Assembly (NCBI GenBank): GCA_010356995.1
Contig: ML996695.1
Span: forward strand, 815,061-879,060
Reading direction: 5' to 3'
Source of the DNA: Trichodelitschia bisporula
Taxonomy: Eukaryota
DNA length: 64,000 bases
Below, in pieces: positions 13,712 to 24,471 of this stretch. The position numbers and the translations under genes are program-made. The notes beneath the pieces were generated by a model, which saw nothing but the letters and a program-made list of their open reading frames with translations, did no database searches and had not been told where the DNA came from. How positions within the stretch are numbered: the stretch's first letter is position 1; the number at the start of each line of letters is the position of its first letter.

Positions 13712-14654
13712 ATTTGCGACCAGGACGACGACTTAAGTAGCCCTGGGGACCACAACCTGGACTATCCAAATCTTCGGACAACGGTCAGATAGCTTCGGCT
13801 CTTTCTTTGCACAAGCCCACAGCAATCAGCCAAAAACGCCTCCTCTGCAACAACCGAGAGAGCTGAGGAGCAAGTGTGGGGATCGCCACCCGAATGGATG
13901 GCAAAACCACAGCGCTTTTGCTTCTGGATGTCGCATCGCCAAGGAGTCTTTCTACGCTTATTGCAGCCTCCTACGGAGACATAACCAATTGAGGGAAGGC
14001 ATTCAGCCTTTCGCGGAGGAGGCACGAGCGATTGTCGGCCAGACAGATCAGCACGTAAGTTGCACACGGAATTGCGAAATGAGGATAAGCTCTCTTTGCA
14101 TGGAGCTGACGTGCTGCAGAATCCTGGGCTGCCTCAAATGTGTGGTGGTGTACAAGAATGGTGTAAGACGCAACACATCGTGGTGGGGGTGGGGATATTC
14201 GTCGTTGTTCCTGGACATGTCGTGATATCCTTGGCAATTTGCGTGCCGATCATCCCATCAAAGTACCACGTCTAGGTCAACAGCAGCGCCAAATACGCGT
14301 CAGAGGAACCAAACTATCAACACGCCTCGAGCCTCAAGTGTCGTCCAAAAGAAAATGTGAGCATAAGCCTCATCCGTCCGGGCCGCGGGGATTTCCCCAC
14401 GAAACGGATGTGGGGCAAGCCATGTGGGAAGGCAGGGAAAGGTGACTGCAAAGTCGCGGAACCAGACGTCGGTTGTTGTGGTTGTTGCCTGTCATGTGAA
14501 GCCCGGGTCACCCATACGGTGATGTGATCGATCCAAGCGCCAGGTTGCGGGGAAGCTCTCCTATCGGTGCTCGTAAAAGCTGTAGAAATCCAATGCTAGA
14601 TCGGCACTTATGGTGACAGCAGAGTTGACGTGCCGCGATACCCGGAATTCATCG

Positions 14655-14664
14655 ATGGTGCAAT
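14655..14664. promoter_or_regulatory. Putative CYS-3/MetR bZIP site ATGGTGCAAT
   Basis: 9/10 match to the ATGRYRYCAT consensus, inside the imperfect palindrome TCGATG-GTGCAAT-CATCGA, about 45 nt upstream of TATAAA (approx. 14707) of the TauD gene. Confidence 0.45.
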
Positions 14665-14822
14665 CATCGAAGACGGGATCATCCGTAGTTTGAATCGTTG
14701 TTGGAATATAAATTCGTGCTGTACGCACCGCCGCTTCAACAGTGAGCAACAGCCTTCAAGAATTGAACCACAAGAGAAGCACCTACAATCCCAGTTTTTC
14801 AAGTAGAGCATCAATCACCACG

Positions 14823-16158
14823 ATGGCCCCAGCCCCAGCCGTAGTCGAAACGACCACCCTCACTCACAATCCGGCGCTGCGCGAGCCCGTGTCCGCCAAC
14901 ACCATCTACAAGGAGGTGTACATTGGCGGTCCCAAGGCGTTCTCGAAGGATGCCGAGCTGAAGGGGACGGGCAAGCAGCCGCCGGCGAAGTACCCGAACT
15001 ATCTTCCGGTTTGGGACGCCGAGAAGAGTACGGCACCCCTAGCACCGGGAGATCCAGAGTGCTGATTCCCAGCAGAATACGCCCCGCTCCAGCCGTTCAC
15101 CCACTACGAGCACGGCAAGGATGCGGACCCTTCTTTCCCCAATCTTCTTGCTGGTGCCCAGATTGTGGACTTGACGGCCAACATCGGTGCCGAAGTGCGT
15201 GGCGTGCAACTCAGCAAGTTGACGCAGAAGGGCAAGGACGAGCTGGCCCTGCTAGTTGCGCAGAAGAAGGTCGTGGGTACGTAGCATGAGCAACTTGAAT
15301 GAGGGCCATTTGACCCAATTAGCTTTCCGCGATCAGGATCTTGCGGATCTGCCCATCCAGGAGGCTCTCGACTTCGGCGGCTACTTCGGCCGCCACCACA
15401 TTCACCCGACCAGCGGCGCGCCAGCCGGATATCCGGAAATTCACCTGGTTCACCGTGGAGCCGATGACACTACAGCCCGCGACTTCTACCAGGACCGCAC
15501 AAACTCCATCACCTGGCACTCCGACGTAACCTATGAGAACCAGCCTCCCGGCACCACGTTCCTTTATCTCCTCGACGGCCCTGCTGCCGGTGGTGACACT
15601 TTGTTTGCCAACCAGGCCGAGGCTTATCGGCGGCTCTCTCCTGAGTTCAAGAAGAGGTTGCACGGGTTGACTGCCATCCACTCTGCTCACGAGCAGGCCA
15701 ACAACAGCCAGAGCCGGGGAGGTGTTGTCCGTCGGGAACCGGTCACCTCTGTTCACCCCATCGTTCGCACACACCCCGCCACCGGCGAGAAGGCGCTCTT
15801 CGTGAACCCGCAATGTGAGTTGCCCGAGTGTCTAAACTTTCAGAGCTGACCGTTCGTAGTCACGCGCCGTATCGTCGGCTTCAAGAAGGAGGAGAGCGAC
15901 TATCTGCTCAACTTCCTATACGACCACATCGCCAAGGGTCAAGACTTCCAGACTAGGGTGAAGTGGGCACCTGGCACAGTTGTGGTGTGGGATGTACGTC
16001 TTTGATGGCGCTCTTGCTGCTTGATCGAGCTAACCGACCGCTAGAACCGGGTGACGGCACACTCTGCCATTCTGGACTGGGATGACGGCCAGCGCCGCCA
16101 TCTGGCTCGCATCACTCCCCAGGCTGAGAGGCCTTACGAGACGCCGTTTGAGGAGTAG
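14823..16158 (+). CDS. Alpha-ketoglutarate-dependent sulfonate/taurine dioxygenase (TauD/Jlp1 family), 5 exons
   Basis: DLTANIGAEVRGVQL, TWHSDVT (HxD), GGDTLFAN, HPIVRTHPATGEKALFVN, VVWDNRVTAH. Stop TAG 16156-16158. Confidence 0.93.
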
Positions 16159-16599
16159 GAGAGGAAGCGTGGGAATGAACTTGGAAGCTTTCGCTCGATG
16201 ATCGGTCCGAACCATCGCTTGACGGCTACAGGCCGCGTAGTCTTGCGCAATCGCTGCAACATAGTTAGCACAACGAAGAAATTTCAGCCTAATCGTTACT
16301 CCACCCTTGTAGAGGCAGCTGGATGCCGTGTCTAGCTATATTGGGATAAGCAATGAAGATGTCACAGCAGAGTTGCGATGGTGTTTGCCGCTACGCGCGC
16401 CGCCCCCTGCTCTCTGGTGGATGCTACCCCGCGGCCCGCAGCGGCCATTCCCTTGGCGTAAGGTCACTTGGAGAATGGGGGACTGTGGAATAATGTCGAT
16501 GAAATAAGTGCTTTTGCTCGTCCATTCGCCTCAACACCGAAATCATTCGCGTCGTCGCAATCAACGACCCCCTTTCTCAACACTCGCCCCATCAATAGC

Positions 16600-17146
16600 A
16601 TGGCCGCCGCCATGACCGAAGCAGCCCATCCCAGCGCCTCAACCGAGACTTCATCATGGGCCAGAAAGTACCGCGGGGTAGGTCTTCATCCCCAGCCAAC
16701 TGCATCTGCAGGATTAACATGCCCAGGCGACAGTGGAAGACCTTGACCCTCCGGCCGCCCTTTCCTCCACTCCCTCCGACCCCATCATGGTGGCTCTCGA
16801 GCGGGCCTTTGAGCGCGACTACACGCACCTGACGGTTGTGTCGCGAGAGAACCGCGCGCTGCTGGGTTACCTCAGTATCCCCCGGCTCAAGGAGCTGCTA
16901 AAGGAGGGCAAAGTGTCGGAGAACGACCCGGTAGAGAAGGTTATGCAGCGGTTCCGGCGCCGTGGTCGCACCTACAAGGTCATCACAATGGAAACTCCGC
17001 TTGAGGAGCTAGAGGCCTTTTTCAACGGCGGTGACAACGGCGGCGAGCCGCAGGACTTCGCGGTGGTGACGGATTTCAGCCGGCGGTTCGTACTGGGAGT
17101 AGCAACAAAGAGCGATCTGGCAGAGTTCGTTAAGAGGAGGCCATAG
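16600..17146 (+). CDS. Stand-alone CBS (Bateman) domain protein resembling the regulatory C-terminus of cystathionine beta-synthase
   Basis: Intron 16678-16727 joins WARKYRG to ATVEDLDPPAAL...ERDYTHLTVV...FAVVTD...VLGVATKSDLAEFVKRRP*. No PLP catalytic domain. Confidence 0.8.
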
Positions 17147-18197
17147 GGAATTTCCTGGGTCTTGTGCATGGGACGGCGTTGGTTGATATCCTGTTCAAAG
17201 GTGGTCCTACTATTCGATTTGCTGAGCAGGATGCGGTCGGTCAGTGTGCACTTCAGCATGGTAACGGTTCGGCGCAGGAATTGCTCAACGCACGGAAAAG
17301 GTCTCTGGTCATACGATATTCCAATCCTCAACGAGTGGATTTGCCGGCTGTACAATGAGTTGGTAGCGCATTCTCTTCAGACGTCAAAGAGAGTTGCGAT
17401 GCTCAACTTGTCTCCGTAGTGTCAAGGCGTGTATGCTGGGTGGTACCACTCTTCCAGCCATATGCTAAAATCCCGTCCGTATCCATTGTTGGTACCAAGT
17501 CTACCTTCCATGTATGCCTTACTTCATCGAGTACTCCGTAGAGCACGGGTATATGTCGTGGATATCGCCACCTAGTGACTCGTGTCTCTCTCAGGAATCG
17601 AACTCATTCCGGGACGTCTTTCCTGTAGTACGTGGAAAGGGGCGCTTTACATATGAGCTCCTGTCAAGGGAGACTTTGCTTTGTCTACGGATGTATCCAT
17701 GTTGCTCCCCATATCCGGCTTGTTCTCAGCTTCTTTGATAGAGCTCGGATCGGCCCCACTATGATCCCTCCAGTGCAATCGTCCAATCAATGAAGCTGGG
17801 GCTGACGAGATGTACGGCATGTGCTGACAGTTGGAAACTATGGATTGCTCACAATTCAGATGCACCGCACTTCGTGGGCGCAAATCTGGACGTTGAACAT
17901 AGGGAAAGCGGCCGCTCCCCCAAAGGATCGTCACTGATCACCAAACTCCCCCTCCGCCCCCCCTCCCCCGCTCTCAGCAGGCGTCAGCTCCCCCGCGCCA
18001 TGCAATCAGCCTCCCCACGCTTGCCCAGATCTCAGCAGACTCCACAGCTTTCTCGCTAATTGTGTCGCTTACCTACGGACTTCTTTTCTCTGCCGCAGCT
18101 CGCACCTCTGCCGCAAGAGCGTGAGTGAAGCTTCACCGCCGCCAGAGATCCACCCGGGTCTCCAGCCCCGCGTATACCTCCGCGCCCTGCCGCTGGA

Positions 18198-19551
18198 ATG
18201 CACGCAGTTCGACACGCGCTTCTCTGCTCGCATCCGTCCCCCATCCCTCGTGCGCCCTTCGTGTTCCAATGCGTTCTTCTGCCCAGCACCTGCTGCCGCC
18301 AGTTCTCGTCCCGCCTCCGAGTCCGCCAGCAGCAGCAAGTACAACAGAAGAAGGAGCAGCAGGATGAGCAGCAGCGGCAACACGAAGTCAGAGAAGACGA
18401 GCCCGCCACTGGTACCGCGCCAACAAGCTCTGGGGCCGAAGCTGTTTCTCCTAAGACCTCGTCCTCGCGCGCTCCATTCTACTTCGAGGCCGGCTATGCG
18501 CTGTTCGCTAAGCGCCGCTCGCGACCGTTCCCCCCACCCTTTCTGTCCGTACCGTCGGGCTCATTCTCAGACCCGCTCAGCACACACGACCGGAGTCGAG
18601 ACCGCCGTCCTAGGGTCAACGGTGAGCTAATTCGTGGCGTTACAAATGGCGACGATGCCGTGTATGCCAGTGAGAACTTCATTTGCGCGAATGATGGCGT
18701 GGGTGCCTGGGCAACGCGTGAGAAGGGACATGCCGCGTGAGTTAGAGTCCGCGATGTAGGGGACTGGGGAGCTAATATAGACCGTTAGACTGTGGGCGCG
18801 TCTGATCATACACTTTTGGGCACTGGAGGCGGAGAAGGATGGGTTCGGCGGTGATCGCGAGCCTCACCCCGTAGCATACCTGCAACGTGCGTACGAGCAG
18901 ACGAAGCAAGCAACGGCGGAACCAAACGAGTGGTTTGGGACAACGACTGCAAGCAGCGCGCTGATCACCTACGACCATCAGAACCCGCCACACCCTGTTG
19001 TCTATGCGACTCAGCTTGGCGATTCCCAGATTATGGTGCTGAGGCCGCGCAATCGCCAGATCATATACAAGTCCAAGGAACAGTGGCATTGGTTCGATTG
19101 TCCGCGCCAGTTAGGTACGAACAGCCCTGATACCCCGGAGAAGGACGCAGTCATGGACCGTGTGGAAATTGAAGTGGATGATATCGTGCTAGCTATGACG
19201 GACGGTGTCATTGATAACCTGTGGGACCACGAGGTAGTGGAGATATGCGTGGAGAGTTTGTCCAAGTTTCAGAAGGGTGGGGAGGCGGTGCTTCACGGCA
19301 AGGATCCCGGCGAGATGACCTACTCTGATGAGATGTCGTTTGTGGCTCAGGAGATAGCGAAAGCTGCCAGGGTGATAGCGACAGACCCTTTTGCGGAGAG
19401 CCCTTACATGGAGAAAGCGATTGAGGAGGGTCTATCTATCGAGGGCGGTGAGTTGCTGCTTTCATCAGGGCCTGGGTAGTGCTAATAGACTGCAGGCAAG
19501 ATGGACGATATCAGCGTTGTGGCAGCCCAGTGCAAGCGCCGAAAGGGTTAA
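18198..19551 (+). CDS. PP2C-family protein phosphatase, Ptc7/Azr1-like, probable mitochondrial presequence
   Basis: NGDDA, ANDGVGAW, GTTTAS, QLGDS, EQWHWFDCPRQLG, AMTDGVIDNL, GGKMDDISVV. Introns approx. 18737-18789 and 19448-19495. Confidence 0.88.
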
Positions 19552-20146
19552 GAAGGCGTAGCAACCATACCGATATTGTGGTCCGCTGCTCTTAGCCGCA
19601 CATCAGCGTTGGCTTTGCTAAACACTGGTTCGGAGCAAGGCAACCCGAGCAGTTAAACACGACTTCCTTCGGTAACAAGTTTATCGGAGGAACGACTGGC
19701 TCTCGTGTGTCACATCGCTACCAAATCGGGCGCCCGATGACCAGTTTGAGCTTCAGTTACCTCGTCACCTACACGCTGCAGCCGGAAGACATCATGCGAG
19801 ATGTACAACCGGTCATACTAGGAATCGAAGACTCGGAGATGGACCATTTCAAGTGAGTGGAGTCTTCCAGCGTCCGAGCTCATCTGCTAAATATTTACAG
19901 ACCGACATTGCAGGTTATGTGGTTCACATCCTGACAAAGTGGGACACATATTTTAAGGCAATGGATCCTCACGACTATAGATCAGATATCCAGGATAGAG
20001 AACTACCCACGTGGTGTTCACTAATGTAATATTGGCATGATGCCATACATGCTGGCAGGACAATCCACACTTCTCCTGTGTCAATGCTTTGAAGCTTCCA
20101 TCAACACTGCGATAGTTGACATCTGAATACCGGCCTCTTTCACTGA

Positions 20147-21839
20147 TCATGGGATATCGGCGTCGCTATCATCCCCTCCAAATCCGAATCCAAAGCTGAA
20201 CCCTCCACCTTCACCATCACCCTTCTTAATCTCTTCCCACTTCCCCCTATCTTTCTTCTCCATCCGCTCTAACGTCTCCTCCAGCACATCTGGACACGCC
20301 TCCCGCAACCGTTCTACAAACATGCCATACGGATCGTCAACATCGTCCCGAAACCCACTCACCTGCTCCTTCTTATCCCTCAAGAAGCGCAACACATCTC
20401 CCAACTTCCCCTTCGGCACAAAGTTCTGCGTTACCGCAACCCCCTCCTCCAAATTAAGCACCAGGTGGAACCAACCCCCAGGAACATGCAATACCTCGCC
20501 GGGGTAACAGATTCCTTCCCGACACCCGGGCGTCGCCCGCGCCTCCTCATGGAATGTAAGCAGGTACTCAGCAATGCTCAGCGGGGCCGTGATCTCTGCG
20601 CCGTCCGGCGAGAGCACGACGCCCGGCGGCGCCTGGGGGCCCTGAAACATAAGCCAGTACTTGGCGCCGCGGAGCACGGCGTTCCACGCGCTCGTCCCGT
20701 TCGGGTCCTGGTGCATGGTGCTTCCGCTCCGGGCCGGACCGACGATCAGCCAGCGACTGTCCGGGCGCGCGGGGCCCAGGTGCGCAAAGAGATCGGCGCC
20801 GAAGCAGGGCGGTGGGGTAAAAGCGTCGGGCGCTAGTGCGGTTTTTTCGACGAAGGACCGGTCGAAGAGGTACAGCGGGCTTTCGTCGGCGTTGTGCCGC
20901 ATGTATTGCATGTACTTTGCGAGGGGCCAGTCGACGGCCTCCGCGCGGAAGGATACGCTCGGGTAGGTTGCGAAGAGGTAGTCGGCGTCCCAGGTGCGGT
21001 AGATGGGCCAGGATTTCACCGGCGAGGTGAGGATGAAGGGTTTGTCTAGCCAGGTCCTGTTGTATTCTTCTTCTGAGAGGTCGGAGAGGCGTGGGATGGC
21101 ATTTTGGGCTGGGATGTTGTGCGTATATGGCGTTAGGGGCGTGTGGGCGCAGAAGTAGGGTCGGTGGAGCACGTTGGAGAAGACGCCTTCACAGGATATT
21201 AGAGGCAGGGTCGGATGCGAGAGGAATGTTGCGCGCCAGGTCCCTAGCCAGGTGAAGGTGGTGGGTTTGGATCTGTGAGGGGGGCTTAGCTGGTGATCTT
21301 GTGGGCATGGTTGTGGAAAACTAGGAATGTGCGTGGATAGGACTGTCTCTCATGGAGTCTTGGTGTCACGATTACTGTATAACGGTTCCCGTTGCCAAAG
21401 ACAAAGCAGAGCAGAGCTAGACAATGTAAGAGTCATAGCCTTTGTCTCTGCAAGCTGTCATAGTAAACTTGGTACATGCAGTACCACTTGGAATTAAGCA
21501 AATACGATGCCAGGACAACGAGGCCGAAAACAAGGCTGACTGGGTGTAATGACTGCGGACATACTCTACGAATAGCGCCCTCCACAGTTCATCAACCCTC
21601 GTAAAGGCATACAGGAACTTGCAAGCACCCCCAAGCTGCAGCAGTTCTGCAGCCTCTAGAGTTTCGAGGAAGCTCATGAGCAGTTCATCAGGCAGCTTCG
21701 CGAAGGACCCGGCGTTTGCCTTGAGGTTTACGGCAGCCGTATATGCGTTCCCAGATGGTTTGACAGCCATGGGATGCGAAGGAACGGTACCATCCTCTTC
21801 GTGGTCATTACCGGCTTCAATATCATCGATTATATCCAT
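20147..21839 (-). CDS. F-box and JmjC domain protein (JMJD6/PSR-like)
   Basis: F-box (LPDELLMSFLE...LWRALF), then after a 290-nt intron (approx. 21564-21273) a JmjC domain: DESPLYLFD, RWLIVGPARSGSTMHQDPNGTSAWN, GAKYW, VPGGWFHLVLN. Start placed at the gcaATGg near 21839; an upstream in-frame ATG is blocked by TAA. Confidence 0.88.
21325..21463 (-). ncRNA. Candidate intronic box H/ACA snoRNA
   Basis: Minus strand: hairpin 1 (TATGAC/GTTATA lower stem, pocket, TTGCAGAGACAAAG/CTTTGTCTTTGGCAA upper stem), ANANNA box ACAGTA at 21378-21373, hairpin 2 (CGTG/CACG), ACA at 21330-21328. About 139 nt, inside an unusually long intron. Confidence 0.55.
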
Positions 21840-22532
21840 TGCGGCGACTTTGGCGTCCAACTTGCTTCGTTTAGACGGCCTCGCTTAATCGGTAGTGGCG
21901 GCGAAATCAAGCTCAGCGGCGAGGCGATATGAAGGAGTCATAAGGTATCACCGGTATAACACAAGCAAAGCGGTTGTAATTCGTCCTGTTCCTTTGCCAG
22001 TTGTTAGCTGTTTAACGGTTCGGTCGAAAGTTGCCACCCGGATAGAAGGTCGTGGAGCATGGAATTTTTTTTTTGGAAGGAGAATGGATTAAGCGATTCT
22101 ACTAAGGTAGTGCCCAAGACAATATGAAATGGCCTAAGCGCAATGTTGGATCGAAGAAGAACCAGTCGGCCGCCAAGTCTCCAGGACCCCGGTCGCCACC
22201 CGTCGGAATAAAATTTCTGACGCACCCACCACCTCCCCACCCCTCCCTCCTCATAAACTTGACAGACACTCGCACAACCTTTTCATCCTCCATCACACAA
22301 ACCACCTGCACCAAATTCGACTTCACCTGTCGAATCTTCACACGTACAAGCACTCACACGGTCGCCGTCTAGATATCACTTCGACTTCGTTATCAACGGA
22401 GTCTCTGGTATCTCACCTCCTCGCAAATCAAAAAGCACTTTTAGGCGACGGTTCCTCCAACCAGCGCCTCTCACGCAAACCCCGCACCAGACCTCTACGA
22501 ACTACAGACGGTCGGAACACTCAGTCGCAATC

Positions 22533-22892
22533 ATGGCTGATAGCAAAGGACTTGAGGATGTCCCTGAGGGTATGTGGTCTCTCCTTCGCAGAAAAAAGTC
22601 GACCAGGTCGCATCACCACAGTGACTATGGCGATGTGACCAACTCGGCGTTCACCTTGCTTGCTTATTGAAACTAACATCCCATCACAGGTCTCATCGAG
22701 AGCAACTACGATGAGACTACAGACTCATTCGATGCTATGGACCTGAAGCCCGAGCTTCTCCGTGGTGTCTACGCCTACGGTTTCGAGCGCCCGTCGGCTA
22801 TCCAGCAGCGTGCCATCATGCCCGTTATCAAGGGTAAGTTGTCGCATATCCCCGCATAACGCAGCTCTAACATGCTATCCAGGTCACGATGT

Positions 22893-22925
<33 letters not shown>

Positions 22926-23941
22926 GGCCACTTTCTCGATCTCGGTCCTGCAGAAGATCGATCCTTCCATCAAGAGCTGCCAGGCTCTCATTCTTGCCCC
23001 GACTCGCGAGTTGGCTCAACAGATCCAGAAGGTTGTCGTCGCCATCGGTGATTTCATGAATGTGGAGTGCCATGCCTGCATTGGCGGTACCAGCGTTCGT
23101 GATGACATGAAGGCTCTCCAGGATGGTCCTCAGGTCGTTGTTGGTACTCCGGGTCGTGTCCAGGACATGATTCAGCGTCGTGTTCTCAAGACGGACCACA
23201 TGAAGATGTTCGTCCTCGACGAGGCTGATGAGATGCTGTCCCGTGGTTTCACCGAGCAGATCTACGACATCTTCCAACTGTTGCCGCAGTCCACTCAGGT
23301 CGTCCTTCTCTCGGCTACGATGCCGCAGGACGTTCTTGAGGTCACTACCAAGTTCATGCGTGACCCGATCCGCATTCTTGTCAAGAAGGCTGAACTTACC
23401 CTCGAGGGTATCAAGCAATTCTACATCGCCGTTGAGAAGGAAGACTGGAAGCTCGACACTCTGTCCGATCTTTACGAAACCGTTACCATCACTCAGGCCG
23501 TCATTTTCTGCAACACCCGCCGTAAGGTCGATTGGCTCACCGATAAGCTGCAAGCTCGCGACTTCACGGTCTCTGCCATGCACGGTGACATGGACCAGGC
23601 CCAGCGTGATGTCATCATGAAGGAGTTCCGCTCTGGATCCTCGCGTGTCCTGATCGCCACCGATCTGCTTGCTCGTGGTATCGACGTCCAGCAGGTCTCC
23701 TTGGTCATCAACTACGACCTGCCGGCTAACCGCGAGAACTACATCCATCGCATTGGTCGTGGTGGTCGTTTCGGACGCAAAGGTGTTGCCATCAACTTCG
23801 TCACTGCTGACGATGTGCGCATGATGCGCGAAATCGAACAGTTCTACTCGACCCAGATCGAGGAGATGCCCATGAATGTTGCTGGTATGTTGTAACTGCC
23901 CTTAAACTGACCGCTGGCTAACCATTCAAGATCTTATCTAA
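22533..23941 (+). CDS. TIF1: Translation initiation factor eIF4A (DEAD-box helicase), 4 exons
   Basis: [61 protein letters not shown]. Exons approx. 22533-22569, 22691-22833, 22883-23885, 23931-23941. Confidence 0.97.
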
Positions 23942-24471
23942 TTCCCCACTACGAGCTTCCGGTCATTTCTTTCTGAGATATCCTGGGGGGCCTGGAGGGT
24001 TAGGGGTTATGACATGGATGCCACGGGGCAAAATGCGGTGATGAAATTCCGGAAAAGTTTGAGGATTGCGCTTAACACCGTCTCATGCATCTCGGCGTTA
24101 TTGCTCACCTCTGTTGTCACTTTTCTGAACGGATGAGTTTTAGAAAGGCCGGGTAGTTGTTCTACGGTAGTTGTGCAATGGTTTCTGTTTGTCATTTTCC
24201 GTCGATGCTCAATCGTGGCGTGTTCGCGAACGAGTTTGGTTGCTATGGCGTAGTGTGGGAGGAGTTTATTCTCTGCCCTTTCTGCGATGGCGACGACTTA
24301 ATGCCGATAGAGAGAAATGAACTGCAAACACGCTTTAGAGCATCAATTCTTTGGTGATGGTTGAAGTGCTCCTTCCTTATGATGTTGGCGGGATCCCTGC
24401 CATGGCCTAACCACAGGCCGCAACCTCATCCACCATCACAGTCTCCCAATGCCTCTCACTATCCACCGCAG

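Noticed and set aside
17760..17806. Possible C/D box snoRNA (ATGATC...CTGA)
   Set aside because: Box C is imperfect, the element is too short, and I recognised no rRNA guide.
18000..18197. In-frame upstream ATG for the PTC7-like gene
   Set aside because: Two stops intervene and ATG 18198 already begins a presequence-like peptide; at most a uORF.
22867..23748. 293-aa minus-strand ORF
   Set aside because: Antisense shadow of codon-biased eIF4A.
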